In this document: piece by piece, positions 45,925 through 58,262 of the stretch
How positions within the stretch are numbered: position 1 is the stretch's first letter
How the letters are laid out: every line of letters starts with the position of its first letter
Assembly (NCBI RefSeq): GCF_000143415.4
Contig: NW_003314262.1
Location: 2,301,046 to 2,365,045 of the forward strand
Direction of reading: 5' to 3'
Length of the DNA stretch: 64,000 bases
Source: Selaginella moellendorffii
Lineage: Eukaryota; Plantae; Lycopodiophyta
Notes under the pieces: model-generated
Database searches by the model: none
What the model was told of the DNA's origin: nothing
What the model saw: only the letters and a program-made list of their open reading frames with translations
Program-made: the position numbers and the translations under genes

Positions 45925-47315
45925 ACACCATAATGAAGTGCTTGAGGAACGAGTATGAAGTGATCAATAAGCAAACCTCTAGAAAAGGGACATAAAAGGA
46001 CTAACACATGACATGTGGAAGTGTCGAGACCAAGTCTAAGATGGACCTGAGATAAACCTGAGATGGAGTCTAAGGAGTTTGAGATGGAATATGAGAAGGA
46101 GTCCAAGATGGAAACCAAGATCAGGTCTGAGATCAAGGTTGAGTCTAAGACTGAGATCGAGACTAAGACCGAGACTGAGACTGAGACCGAGACCGAGATT
46201 GAGACTGAGACTGAGACCGAGACCAAGACCAAGGCTGAAACCGAGACTAAGACCAAGACTAAAATTGAGACCGAGTCTAAAACCGAGCCTGAAACCGAGC
46301 CCAACTCCAACTCCGAGTCCGAGTCTAAATCCAAATCCAAGGGTGAAAGCCCAAAGCAATAATCTCCCAGACCCTAGGGGTTTTGGTGAGCTCTAAAAGA
46401 ATAGTAGGAAGGAGGACTCTAGTAGAATTAATTTGCTTGGAAAGTATAGTGCAACCAAGGAAGGCTATACCCATGTGGTGGGTGATGATATAACTGTTGA
46501 GGAATTCAAAGTTAGAGTGAACATAGACAAATAAATGGGGTAACTTGGTGAAGTGTTTAAGAGCTAACTCTAGCTCCCCCAGGAGATTGAATGGTCGATG
46601 CTCCCAATCCAAGTGTGGGTGGCACTATCTACTTGGATATTTAGTGTGGCTCATCGAAACTTCGCTCAAGCCATATGGCTAGGGCACCTAAAGGCAAAAA
46701 GTGGGAGAGTACCCACAAGTTTCATATAGGGCTATAGTGTTTCGAAATGTTATCCCAAAGTCCCAAACTATGGAAAGGAAGAGGAGCAATCCTCTTGTGT
46801 AGTGACTAAGGGCATGGTCATATGGTGAGGAAGTCCTAGAGGTCAATAGGACTTAGTGGTCGGGCCTTCAAGCCCTAACTCAATGGCAGTGTTGGCAAGT
46901 ACTATTGTGGTTGAAGTGGGACTTAATATGGACTAATGGAGGGATACTGGGGAAGGGTGTTCCTATGTCTTTGAGTATCTTAAGGGTGCTAAGGTGTGGT
47001 TAAGAAATGACCATACATGGATAGATTGCTTAGTCTTTGGGAAATGGGTCTATGGTATAGGTGTACCAATAAGACAAAGATAAATGGATATAGTTTTAGT
47101 ATAATGGGTTGATGTATTAGTGGTACCTTTGGGTGTCTATAGTGGAATTAGACACATAAAGAATTAGGCAAAGACTAAGTGGCATAAATGTCAATCACAA
47201 GGTTAGCATGCCCAAGTTGGAAATAAGACTTATAAAAGTTATGAGTGAGACAACTCCAAGTGGTTGAAGGTATAATTAAGTGACTAAAGTAAAATGGAAA
47301 ATTTAATCACTTATG
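45925..47315 (+). mobile_element. Old copy of the long satellite-bearing LTR
   Basis: Reverse complement of 56565-58350, including the GAGACC/GAGTCC hexamer array (46020-46340). Confidence 0.85.
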
Positions 47316-47399
47316 AAGTAGCCAAGCACACCAAACTTCTAGGTTCTTAACATCATTTGGTACAACAAGATTTGATCATAAGACCCTCTAAATCCCAAG

Positions 47400-49336
47400 T
47401 CTTGGTCCTTCTAGTGAGTTGTTCTCTCATGGATATTGGGTTCAATTTAGCCTTATATTGCCCTGCCTTTAAATCTTGTGCTTCCACTCTAGATCTTTTT
47501 TCTTAAACATTCGCCAATACCACTAGGTTCCTACCTTGTTGCAAAGCTATTACAAATCAATTGAACCAATTTATTCTAAAGATAAGTCAAATCTCACAAT
47601 GTCTAAAATAATGAAATCTATATCTAATTTCTATGTCCCTACTTCGACTTAAGTACCTCATCGATGCTTTGGCTACTTTAAACAAACTCTATGGTCCTTG
47701 GTTCACCCAGCTGTTGCATTGTTAGTTCATCTTGCCATACTATATTTGCAGCCACATAATTATCCGAAACACTTGTGTCAATAAGGATTTTAACAAATTT
47801 ACCTTTGAGCTTCTCTCAAAGGGCTAGTAGATGTTGCAAACGACTCTTTATCAAAGTCGCTCATGTAATGAACAATTTTGAGTTTAAGACTAGATTACAT
47901 ACTTCAATTTGGACTTCACTTGATTTAATGGCCATATTGATTCTAGCCTTCTTCGAATAGGGACATTTTCTCTAAAAGTGTCCTGCTTCACCGCAATTGT
48001 AACATATGTTGTTTCCCACGCTACTAGTAGACTTTGTTTTCTTATAAGTAGATTTGTCCCTTTTTACTTGACTCCCTCACATACTTACTTTTTAGCCACT
48101 AAATTTTCCTTTCCAAAACCCTAAGGATTTATTCTTAGAGAAACTCTGTCTAGATTTCCCTTTGCCATATATCCCTTTTGGTTTGGCTTCTTTCCCAAAT
48201 GTGGATCCTAACCCTATTGTATTCCCTTTTCGTAGGTTATCATTGAAATACATCTTAATAGCTACATCAAATGCTTCCTTGTAGTTGGTAGGGTTGCAAC
48301 GCATCATCTCACCTCAAGCCCAAGTTTGTAAATCTAATATGAAGGCATAGAATGTGTCTATGCCATTATAAGGATCTTCTTGGCCATAAACACATTCACA
48401 CATACTCTTAAATGGTTCTTATTTGCTTCAGCCTACTTAGCTCATTCCTTAGATATAAAGTAGCATTTTAAGGAACATAAGTTGCACAAATTCTTGCCTT
48501 CATCACTTCCTAAGTGGCTACCAGTCCTTTGTTAGCCTCTATTGTTCTCTACCCAGACTTAGTGCTATCTAATAAGTATAGTTTTGCATATAGGATCTTT
48601 TCTGAGCTTAGTAATTGCAATGCTTAAAAAAATCTTCCATATTGTAAAACCAATCCTCTATCACCTTATAATCATTCACTCCCTTGAAGATTGATAGGGG
48701 CTTTAGTTTGTACTTGAGAACTATTTAAAGGATTAATTCTACTTTAGTTTGCTCGATTTTATTTAGTTTAGCCTCAGTCCCCACCAAAGGGTCCATGCCT
48801 TTTACGTTCTAGCATCTATAATCTTTTACTTTTTCTTCCTTCATCACACTTTAGCTTATTTATGAGGGTCTCTAATAGGGCATTGATCTGTTTCAATTGT
48901 CCTTCTAAAGAGTCCAATCGAGCCTTGGACAACCAAACCTCACCACCAAATTCCTATTTAAAAGTTTTTTTATTGGAGTCCTCCTTATGCAAAGATTCTT
49001 CATCCATAACTTTTTGTTCAATTAAAGCTCCATCTTTGAAGGAGGTATTGTCTCTGCCTTAGTTTACTTATGCCCTACTTTACCATCTCTTAGCAATCTG
49101 CCTCTAACTTCCACTAAAATTGAGGAAAAGGTTCTGATACCAAATTATAAACTTATGAATTTGGACTTCTTAAAAGGTCACTTAACCTATTATTATTCAA
49201 ACCCAAGGACACTTAACCCCAAGTATCCCAAAACCTTTAATCAATTGGAAAAAGAGGTGCACTATTATTCATGAGCCCTTTCTCTCTATATTTAAACTCC
49301 ATAAATCGTTTCCCAAGTCATTCTCTAGTTGCTTAT
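47400..49336 (-). mobile_element. Ty3/gypsy gag-protease relic with PBS and a short TRIM-type 5' LTR
   Basis: Zinc knuckle CYNCGEAGHF*RKCP (~47960-48010); protease ILIDTSVSDNYV (degenerate DTGA); PBS reverse complement tctgatacca (~49133-49142); LTR ~49146-49336 homologous to the TRIM LTR. Confidence 0.82.
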
Positions 49337-49379
49337 AAACTGCATTGCCTTAGTGTAATACTAACTATATTATCATAAT

Positions 49380-50250
49380 TTTGCTGTAACATGGCACCTA
49401 TAGCATAGCTAGATGCATCATAATGCACTTTGAAGGGTTTATCAAGATTTGGAATCTTGAAAACAAGAACTGTAGTCAAAATCTCTTTCAATCATACAAA
49501 ATCATGTTGATAAGCTAATGTCTAATGAAATGATATACTACCCTTCGTTAACTTAGTTAACAAAAGAGCAATACTTGCAAAACTGTAGCAATAGTATCCA
49601 ATTAAACTGATAAAGAAACAAACATTTAATACAGTGGTTAGGACTTCCTAGGACTTCACCACTTCCACTTTCTTTGGATCTACCTCGAATACACCACCAC
49701 CAACTATATACCCAAGGAAGTTCACACACAATTGATCAAAAGCACATTTACTCTCTTTAACATATAATTTGTTCTCTCGCAACTTTTGAAACACCAACTC
49801 TAATTTTTTTTAAATGATCTTCCAACATTTCATTGAAGACTAAAACATTGTCAATATATAGGACAACAAATGTGCCTAAATAATCTCCAAATATTCTATC
49901 CATTATTGTACTAAACATAGCTGAGGCATTAATAACCCGAATGGCATAACAAGAAATTCACAAAACCCATAATGAGTCTTAAAGATTGTCTTCTCCACAT
50001 TCTGATTTACCACTTGTATCTGATGATATTAAACCACAAATCAAGTTGTAAGATATTTAGCCTTTAAGAGTTGATCAAACAAGTCATCAATGTGAAAGGA
50101 TAATTGTTTCTAACTGTGATCTTGTTGAGACTCAATAATCGATACATATCCTTATAGTACCATCCTTTTTTATAACAAAAAAAACTAGCACTTCATAAGT
50201 TAACTCGCTTAGTTAGATATTACTTTTGTCAAGAAGCTCAAGAAACAATT
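49380..50250 (-). mobile_element. Ty3/gypsy reverse transcriptase / RNase H relic
   Basis: VMPFGL, FVVLYIDNVL (degenerate YIDD), VNFLGYIVGGGVFEVDPKKV; many stops. Confidence 0.85.
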
Positions 50251-50264
50251 CCTTTAATATCAAA

Positions 50265-52067
50265 TGTAACACACATGAATTTGTAGATGAACTCCAAACC
50301 CATTGCACTACAAAACGAAGGTCTAATATGCACTCAATATCCCTTATGAGCACTAGCTCTCTATATCTAGCTCTTGCATACAAAATGGTGCTAGATAAAG
50401 TCTAGCATAATTTCAGCATATGGTGGCCTAACGCGAAGAGGAGGGTGCCCCACAGACTAAAGTAATATGGAGTTTAGGCTTAAACCTAAGCCAGACACAG
50501 AATAAAGAATGACAAAGCCCAATGGAAGCTAAATTAATTAAACCCAAGCCAAATGCAAAACAAAGAGTGACACAGCCCAGTGGAAACCAAACTAATATTT
50601 AAGGTGGTCAATTGTGCTGCCAACCACTATCCCTACTATACATATTATATTTGGAACTCCCCATAACCCCCTCTAAGGAACACATATTTTGGGCTTTCAC
50701 CCTAGTCCTAAGAGTCCCTAGGATAAACTTGAAAGCTTATTAAATATGGAATGGTGCTAGATTGTAAATTGGGACATGAGAATAACACTTCAAGACACTT
50801 TTTACATTCCATAAATATACCTCTTGGACAGATCTAGATACTTATTATAAATAGTATATGGAATCAAATGGGACCAACACATGGGGCATGATAGTGAGGG
50901 TGTCTGATGGACACTATAAACTATCACATAACAATTGAGGGATGAAGCTCAATATTATAGGAGTTCTTGATACTAACAAGTGCAAAATAACACAAGTTTC
51001 TCAAACCAAAATATAGTATAAGTTTATTTATGTTGTAAATGAAATTAGTGGTGTTAAGTGTTATAAATCTTTATTGATGGGATGTGGCATTTGTGTTGCA
51101 TTCTATTGTTTAAATGAACATTAGATATTAGACTAAATCTTTGTAGTTGCGAATGTGATTTCGGGTATCGAAAGATACTTGTCAGCCAGTCCTTATGGAC
51201 ATTCTTTCCTTACTGCCATGACGATAGGAGGTTAGTATTGCTAGTTTCCTTTTACGGTCCCCACCCAAGTTAGTTAAGAAATTGGTCAGCACATGTGCAC
51301 TTAGATTGGAAAGGCACTAAGGAAGGAAATCCTAAGTTGTCATTAAGTCAAACATACTTAACACGGTGACGAGAAACTTATATTGTTAGCTTGCACTTGC
51401 TAGTGTTGCACCCCCATGATATTGATATTAGTCCCTCAATATTCTTTAGATGATAGCTTACCGTGTTTGCTAAACACCCTCGCTATTATGCCCTTTGGGT
51501 TAGTCTCATTTCGGGTTTAATGCTATTTATGGAAAGTATTTAGATTTGCTTATTTGGCATATCTATGGAGTCTAGACATTGTTTTGAACATAATGGTGTT
51601 CATCCTATGTCCAAATTCGCAATCTAAGGATATTCTATATTTAATAAGTTTCAAGTTTGTCCCAGAGACTAACTCCTGCTATTAAAAGAGGTTTGGGGTG
51701 AAAGCGCAAAGCATGTGTTCCTCAGCGGGGGGGGGGGGGGGGGGTTTTAAAGGTTCCCAAAATATTATAGGGGTAGGGGGTTAAAAGTTTTTTTCACCCC
51801 CTTGGAAATTTATTTTGGTCCCCCCAAGAAAATTTTTTGGGTCCGGTTGGGGCCTAACCTAAACTCTACATTGCTTTAGTCGATGGGGTACCCTCCTTCT
51901 TGTGTTAGGCCACTGGTATGCCAAAATTGTGTTAAACACCGTTTGACACTATTTTGTGTGCAGGTGTTGGATGCAAGGAGCTGGTGCTCGTGGGATTGTA
52001 CTAGACCCTCGTTTTGTAGCACAATGGGCTTAGAGTTTAGCTCTAAATTCAAGTGCGCTATAAGTGA
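50265..52067. mobile_element. Two LTR copies of a LARD-related subfamily in inverted orientation
   Basis: 50265-~50990 (minus sense, preceded by a degenerate PBS taatatcaaa) and ~51145-52067 (plus sense) are reverse complements over about 600 bp. Confidence 0.7.
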
Positions 52068-52099
52068 CATGGATGTGTTTGTAATATTTCTCAATTGGT

Positions 52100-54692
52100 G
52101 ATCAAGTCATTTTAATTTTTATATTATATCCCTATGATTATGAACAATGTGTTTGTAAAGTTAGTTGGTCAAATAACAATTAACCCAAAGTGGTTGATGA
52201 TAGTCTACTTACAAGTAGTAGCATTGTATTCTCAAAAGTGATCTATTATATTAAGTTGGTGAGAGTACCTTGTTTCCTTAAGAGTTTGCCTATTGAGGTT
52301 TTGGAAAAATTATAACATTCGTTTACTATAGCTTGTTGGTGGATCTATTATCACTTGGAGTAAATTGTTAAATGAAAAAAGTGTGCATTGGTATTGCTAG
52401 CATTTGTGTTAATGGAAGTAACATAGCTATATCAAGTGATAGAGAGTTTATCTTAGAGTTTGATTTTTCATATTATCTTTTTGTTAATGTTTTGGTTTTA
52501 TACTGAATCTTGAAAATGATTGAAGAGTGTTAGTGTGATATAAATATTTGAAGATATGGTATTTGTGATAAAGTCTTAGGTATTTATTAACATTTGTAAC
52601 AATCAACATTGAATATCGGATATATAGACATGATGTTCATCATTTAGATATACTAATGGGTCATCAGAATTTATATTGAGATGAACTTATATGAAGTTAT
52701 AAATAGAAAGAAGCTGGTTGAGTCTTGAGAATTTACATTCATAGATTGAAAGTTATTCTTTCTTTAGAATGAAAGATTTTCCATAAAATTTCTTAGACTT
52801 TTCCAATGACTAATATATTGATCATTTTTCTCAAAAACCATTTTGTTTTTATAAACCATTACAAATTGGTGAAAGGGTTAGTATTTACTTCAGTTAACTT
52901 AAACCTTAGTAAATAGTTTGTATGATGTGACTTTAAGGGATGTTAATTTTTAGATCTAAAGCAATTGAGTTAGATCAAGTCTAGAATTAGAGTAAAAAAG
53001 TCATTGTTGCACTTTTTTAGAAAGATGATCTTATGTGTTTTTTTTTTTTAGCACTTTATATTTGGTTAAACTCTATAAGAATAGTGAGTTCTCCTTGATC
53101 TTGACTTAGTCTTAATAGCATGCCTTAACTAAGGATAGTGATGTTTAACTTAGTTATTCTAATGGTCCTTACTTTAGTTTTGGCTAAGCATTGATCATTC
53201 ATAACTAGCTCTTTAATTATACTTAAAGTTATTAGCTAAACATATTGATAGGCTTATCATTGTATGATTGAAATTTGAGTAGTTATTTTATCTATACTTG
53301 TTCATGATCCTTATGTTGTATCTAGAGTGTTTTCTTATATGAGTCATTTATATGAGTTTAGTGTTTGGGGTCTTATGAAGATAAGTTAAAAGGTAATTGT
53401 TAGTTACTTGCAACTAGTGATTGCTTGTAGACTTTATTAATTACTGCTAACACTTTACTTAGACATGGTGATTCACATTTTGATGATGTGTTATTTATAG
53501 TTAAATATTATTAAAAGATTGGTCTTAAATATTAAATAAGGTATCTTTGATCTTGGTTAGATTGGTTGTTAAAGACGAAATATTTCTTTAAAGACATATT
53601 GAGGATGTTAAATTTTTCATCTATAGTGATTCAAATGGTTGATGATTATTTGGGTTTATTAGAGATTGATATTTTGTTTTACTAATCTCGTAAGATGGTG
53701 TTGATTATTTAGCCATATCTTTGTATCATTAGCATTCATGCATCTTGCTATTTAGTAACTATATTAGTGTTCAAATAAACTGAATGGTAAGTTGGGTTAA
53801 CTATGTTCTAGATGAGATTGCTTAGTAGAGGTTTAAGTTTTGGTTTTTCCTTGAAAGAATTATTTAATTATGAACTATACTTAATAAGTGTTCATCAAAT
53901 TGATCCTCTATAAATCCATTTGCTAACAAGCATAATAAGGATTATCAATGATTGATAATGTCAACTTAAGTTTAACAATGATCTAACAACTCCAATTATC
54001 AATTACTAACTCTTCCTTTTGCAAAACTAATATAGCTTTGTTATGTTTAGCTTTTGGATAAATGAAAATATGTTTTTCATTAGCTTTTGAATTTAAAACT
54101 TTAGATGTGCTGGAAACATGTTGTGGGTTACATTATGAATTCTTCTTTAGCATTAAAGTTAGTTAATGCAAAATTTATAATCATTATTATCCAAGATTTA
54201 GCTATAGACTTCTTTGAGTTTTGGTTATTTGAGTTTTCATACTTATTATTTCATTTATTAAGAGTTGTCAGAGAAGGTATTTTGGCTCATTATCTTTGAT
54301 GTTCAAATTAACTTCTACATCTTGCATTCAGGTAATGATTGATTTTTATTTGGGATAGCTGATTATTTTTGTTAGAGGTCTTGCATAATTATCATTGATA
54401 TTTGATGATTTTGCCATTCTTTAAGATGGTTAATTATTTTTTGCTGAATGTGGAGTTGTTTCCTTAGTGGTGGTTTAAACTAAAGTATGCATCTATGAGG
54501 ATATTGATGTTTTTAAAGAGGGGAGCATGTCACAAATGTAATTATGGGTATTAAAAGTTATCAATCAACAAGTTTTTTCAAATATTCCTTTTTTACTACT
54601 ATGATGGTAAAAGATCAATATTGGTAAGCCTTTTAACAATCCTTCTTCTATAATTAAAGTTAAATGGGTATTTTGAGTGCATTTAGATTGGA
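52100..54692 (+). mobile_element. Old LARD-like host element: internal region, PPT and start of the 3' LTR (continues at 61504-~61800)
   Basis: PPT AAGAGGGGGAG at ~54516-54526, then LTR start TGTCACAAATG at 54528. The LTR sequence resumes after 61503. Confidence 0.75.
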
Positions 54693-57253
54693 TGTAGCAC
54701 ACGTTGCTTTTACCCTTTATCCTATGGTGATTTATTATAGGATAACCACGGAAGTGGAACTTAAACCCTCCATGTGCCATGTGTTCAAAAGACAGTGGTG
54801 TGGAACCCGAGGTTCAGGGTTTTGGGCCACTAAACGAAGGAATGGTGCCAAACTCCCAAGCGTGGAGCCAAGGAGTAATGGAACCAAACCACGGAGCAAC
54901 TCCCAAGCATACAGCCCAAGGAGCGAAGGGATAAAAGCCCAGAGCAACTTAGAACAGTCCTAGACAACCAACATCCCAATGCTAGGACTAGCACCCAAAA
55001 CGGAGCTAAATGGAGTCTGGCGCTATTTCAGCATACTGGTGGCCTAACGCGAGGATATGAGTACTCTATCAACTAACATAGTATAGAACTTGGGTTTAGA
55101 CCCAAGTCGCATGCAGAATAAGGATAGGCACTCAAGTAGGAGCTAAATTATGCCTTGGGTTGGTCAGCCATGCTTGACCTACCCACTATCCCTATTACAT
55201 TTTGGAACCCCCCATAGACTAGTAAGCATAATGCTAGCAAATGTATCACCCAAAGGAAATAACATCCTAATCTATCATAACTAACTCAAGCAATGATTAA
55301 CATAACAGAATAAATGTTGCAAGACCAACAAACATAGCATTCATGCCAACCATCGCACTAGCCAATCTAAATATATCCCTATCAACAATACAAAGGAACT
55401 CAAGTTCCTTAAGCAAGTGTCAGCAACATCTTACTGATGTCTCAAACCTAATAGACCAATCTAGAGCAAACCACAAAGAACATGTGATATTGCAAAAAGG
55501 CATAAGCCATCAAAGAAAATAACTAACTATCATAAAAAAAATCAATCATCCCACGAATAAAGAGATGCATAATCATCATTGAAGAAAGAATCTACCATCC
55601 TGAAGAATAGCAAATCATTCTATACCAACAATAATCAAGCAAAATCTTTTGACAAGGATAATCAACCATTCTAGATGATAGTCAATCATCATCAATAATT
55701 GCTAAATGCAAAAGCTAACTTCAACATTGAAGCGAATGAGCCAAAATGCCTTCCCCAACAACTTCTAGTAAATGGTCCACAAGTATGAAAACTCAAGGAA
55801 CCAAAAGCTCGAAAAAGCCCATAATTAAGTCTTGTTTAACAATGATCACAAAGCTTGCATGGACTAACTTCAATGCTGAAAAAGAAATCATGGTGCAACC
55901 CATAATATCTTCCTCAACACATCCATAAGCCAAACTTCATAATGCCAAAGCTAATGAAGAGCATATCTGCATTAATCCAAAAGCCAAGCATAACGACGTT
56001 TTGCTCAACAAGTGATCATCAAATTGATCCTCCATGAATCCATCTATAGCAAGACGTAACTCACTTCATAATAAGCACAAGAAGAATCACCAATGATTAA
56101 TATATCTTAACTCAAATTTTATAAGGATTTAAACATTTCAATATCGATCACTAACTCTTCGTCTCATAAAGCTAGCATAGTCTATAATTGAGGATATGAG
56201 GATAATCTTGTGACTCCTTTAATGTTTTGGAGTCTCTATCTTTCCCGTGATCCCAACTTTAGTTGTTTACCACAACAACCTAAGCCAATTTGCTGAGACA
56301 AATGCTCATCCGGATCACATCCTCAACTCAATGAGGAAAACCTTGCACTGTTCCCAAGATCCCAAAGTCGTTCCATTATTGGCCCTTTTCTATCCACCAC
56401 CTCGTCTACAAGTTCACACATGAACTGTAATGGAGAGCCATGTCTTCCCGACTTGCTACTCCTCAAGGATAGGCCCACTCCTCGGACCTTCCGATGCCAA
56501 CACTAGTGGTGATATACTTGAGCACCAATAAAAGTCGGACTAAGGAACAGCTCCGATACCAAATTGTAAGCGACTAGATTTTCCATTCTACTTTAGTCAC
56601 TTAACCACACCTCCGACCACTTGGAGGAGTCTCATTCACAACCTCCATCAATCCAATTCAAGACTTGGGACTTGCTAGCCCCAAGAATGGCATCCATGCC
56701 ACTCCACACTTGCACCTGGTCCAAGTGCTCCACGTGTCCGGTCCGGAGACCGACACCCAAAGGTACCACTGACATCTCGGCCCGTTATGCTAAGGCCATG
56801 CCCATTCACCTTTGCTGCACTAGTGGTTCAACACCACTTGCATCACCACCTCATCTCTCCAAGACTGGGCCATGTGTCCACGAGTGGTCATCCTAGATCC
56901 ACTCCTTAGCATCCTTAGGATGCCCACAGACCTGGGGAGTTGCCTTCCCCAAAGTCCCTTTGTCAGTTCCTACCAAGTCCCTTTCTGCCCCTGGCCGTGT
57001 TTGCCAACACTGCCACTGGATCGAGGCCCACAGGCCCGACCACTAAGTCCCACGGTCCTCTGGGACTTCCTCACCACATGACTGTGTCCTTGGTCACTAC
57101 CCCAGAGGACTGCTCCTCTTCCTTTCCACAGTCTGGGCCTTTGGGACAATATTTCGGAACACCGTGGCCTTACGCGAGCCACCTGGGTACTCTCCCCACC
57201 TATCGCCTTTAGGTGCTCTAGCCATGGGCTTAGAGCGAGGTTCCATTGAGCCA

Positions 57254-57353
57254 NNNNNNNNNNNNNNNNNNNNNNNNNNNNNNNNNNNNNNNNNNNNNNN
57301 NNNNNNNNNNNNNNNNNNNNNNNNNNNNNNNNNNNNNNNNNNNNNNNNNNNNN
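57254..57353. other. Assembly gap (100 N)
   Basis: Run of N. Confidence 1.
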
Positions 57354-57662
57354 GTATCCAAGTAGGTAGTGCCACCCACACTTGGACTGGGAGCATCGGC
57401 CAGTTGATCTCCCGGGGGAACTAGAGCCGGCTCTTGAACACTTCACCAAGCTACCCCGCTTGTCGGTCTGTGTTCACTCTAGTCTTGGACTTCCCAGTGG
57501 GCAGCTCATCACCCAACACTGGGTCTGGCCTTCCTGGGCCAAACTGGCCTTTCCTGGCCAAACTGGCTCCACTGCAGTCCTCCCCCTACTATACTTTTGG
57601 GGCTCACCAAACCCCCCCAGGGTCTGGGAGACGAACGCTTTGGGCTTTCACCCTCTCAGGCT

Positions 57663-58262
57663 CCGGACTCGGACTCGGACTCGGACTCGGACTCGGACTC
57701 GGACTCGGACTCGGGCTCGGGCTCGGTCTCGGCCTCGGCCTCGGTCTCGGTCTCGGTCCCGATCTCGGTCTCGGTCTCGGTCCCGGTCTCGGTCCCAGTC
57801 TCGGTCTCGACTTCGGACTCCATCTCGGACTCCATCTCGGGTCCATCTCGGACTCCATCTCGGACTCCATTTCGGGTCCATCTCGGGTCCACCTCAGACT
57901 CCATCTCGGACTCCATCTCGGACTCCATCTCAGGTCCATCTCGGACTCCACTTCGGACTCCAACTCGGGTCCATCTCGGGTCCACCTCGGACTCCAACTC
58001 GGACTCCATCTCGGACTCCATCTCGGATTCCACTTCGGACTCCAACTCGGGTCCATCTCGGGTCCACCTCGGACTCCACTTCGGACTCCATCTCGGACTC
58101 CATCTCGGGTCCATCTCGGACTCCACTTCCGACTCCAACTCGGGTCCATCTCGGACTCCACTTCGGACTCCAACTCGGGTCCATCTCGGACTCCACTTCG
58201 GACTCCAACTCGAGTCCATCTCGGACTCCACTTCGGACTCCAAGTCGAGTCCATCTCGGACA
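57663..58262. repeat. Hexamer-based satellite with higher-order units inside an LTR
   Basis: (GGACTC)n, then (GGTCTC)n, then 12-mer variants GGACTCCATCTC / GGACTCCACTTC / GGACTCCAACTC / GGGTCCATCTC. Confidence 0.97.

Noticed and set aside
51720-51850. Poly-G run and homopolymer-rich stretch as a G-quadruplex element
   Set aside because: Looks like low-quality sequence after a G homopolymer; other LTR copies have ordinary sequence here.
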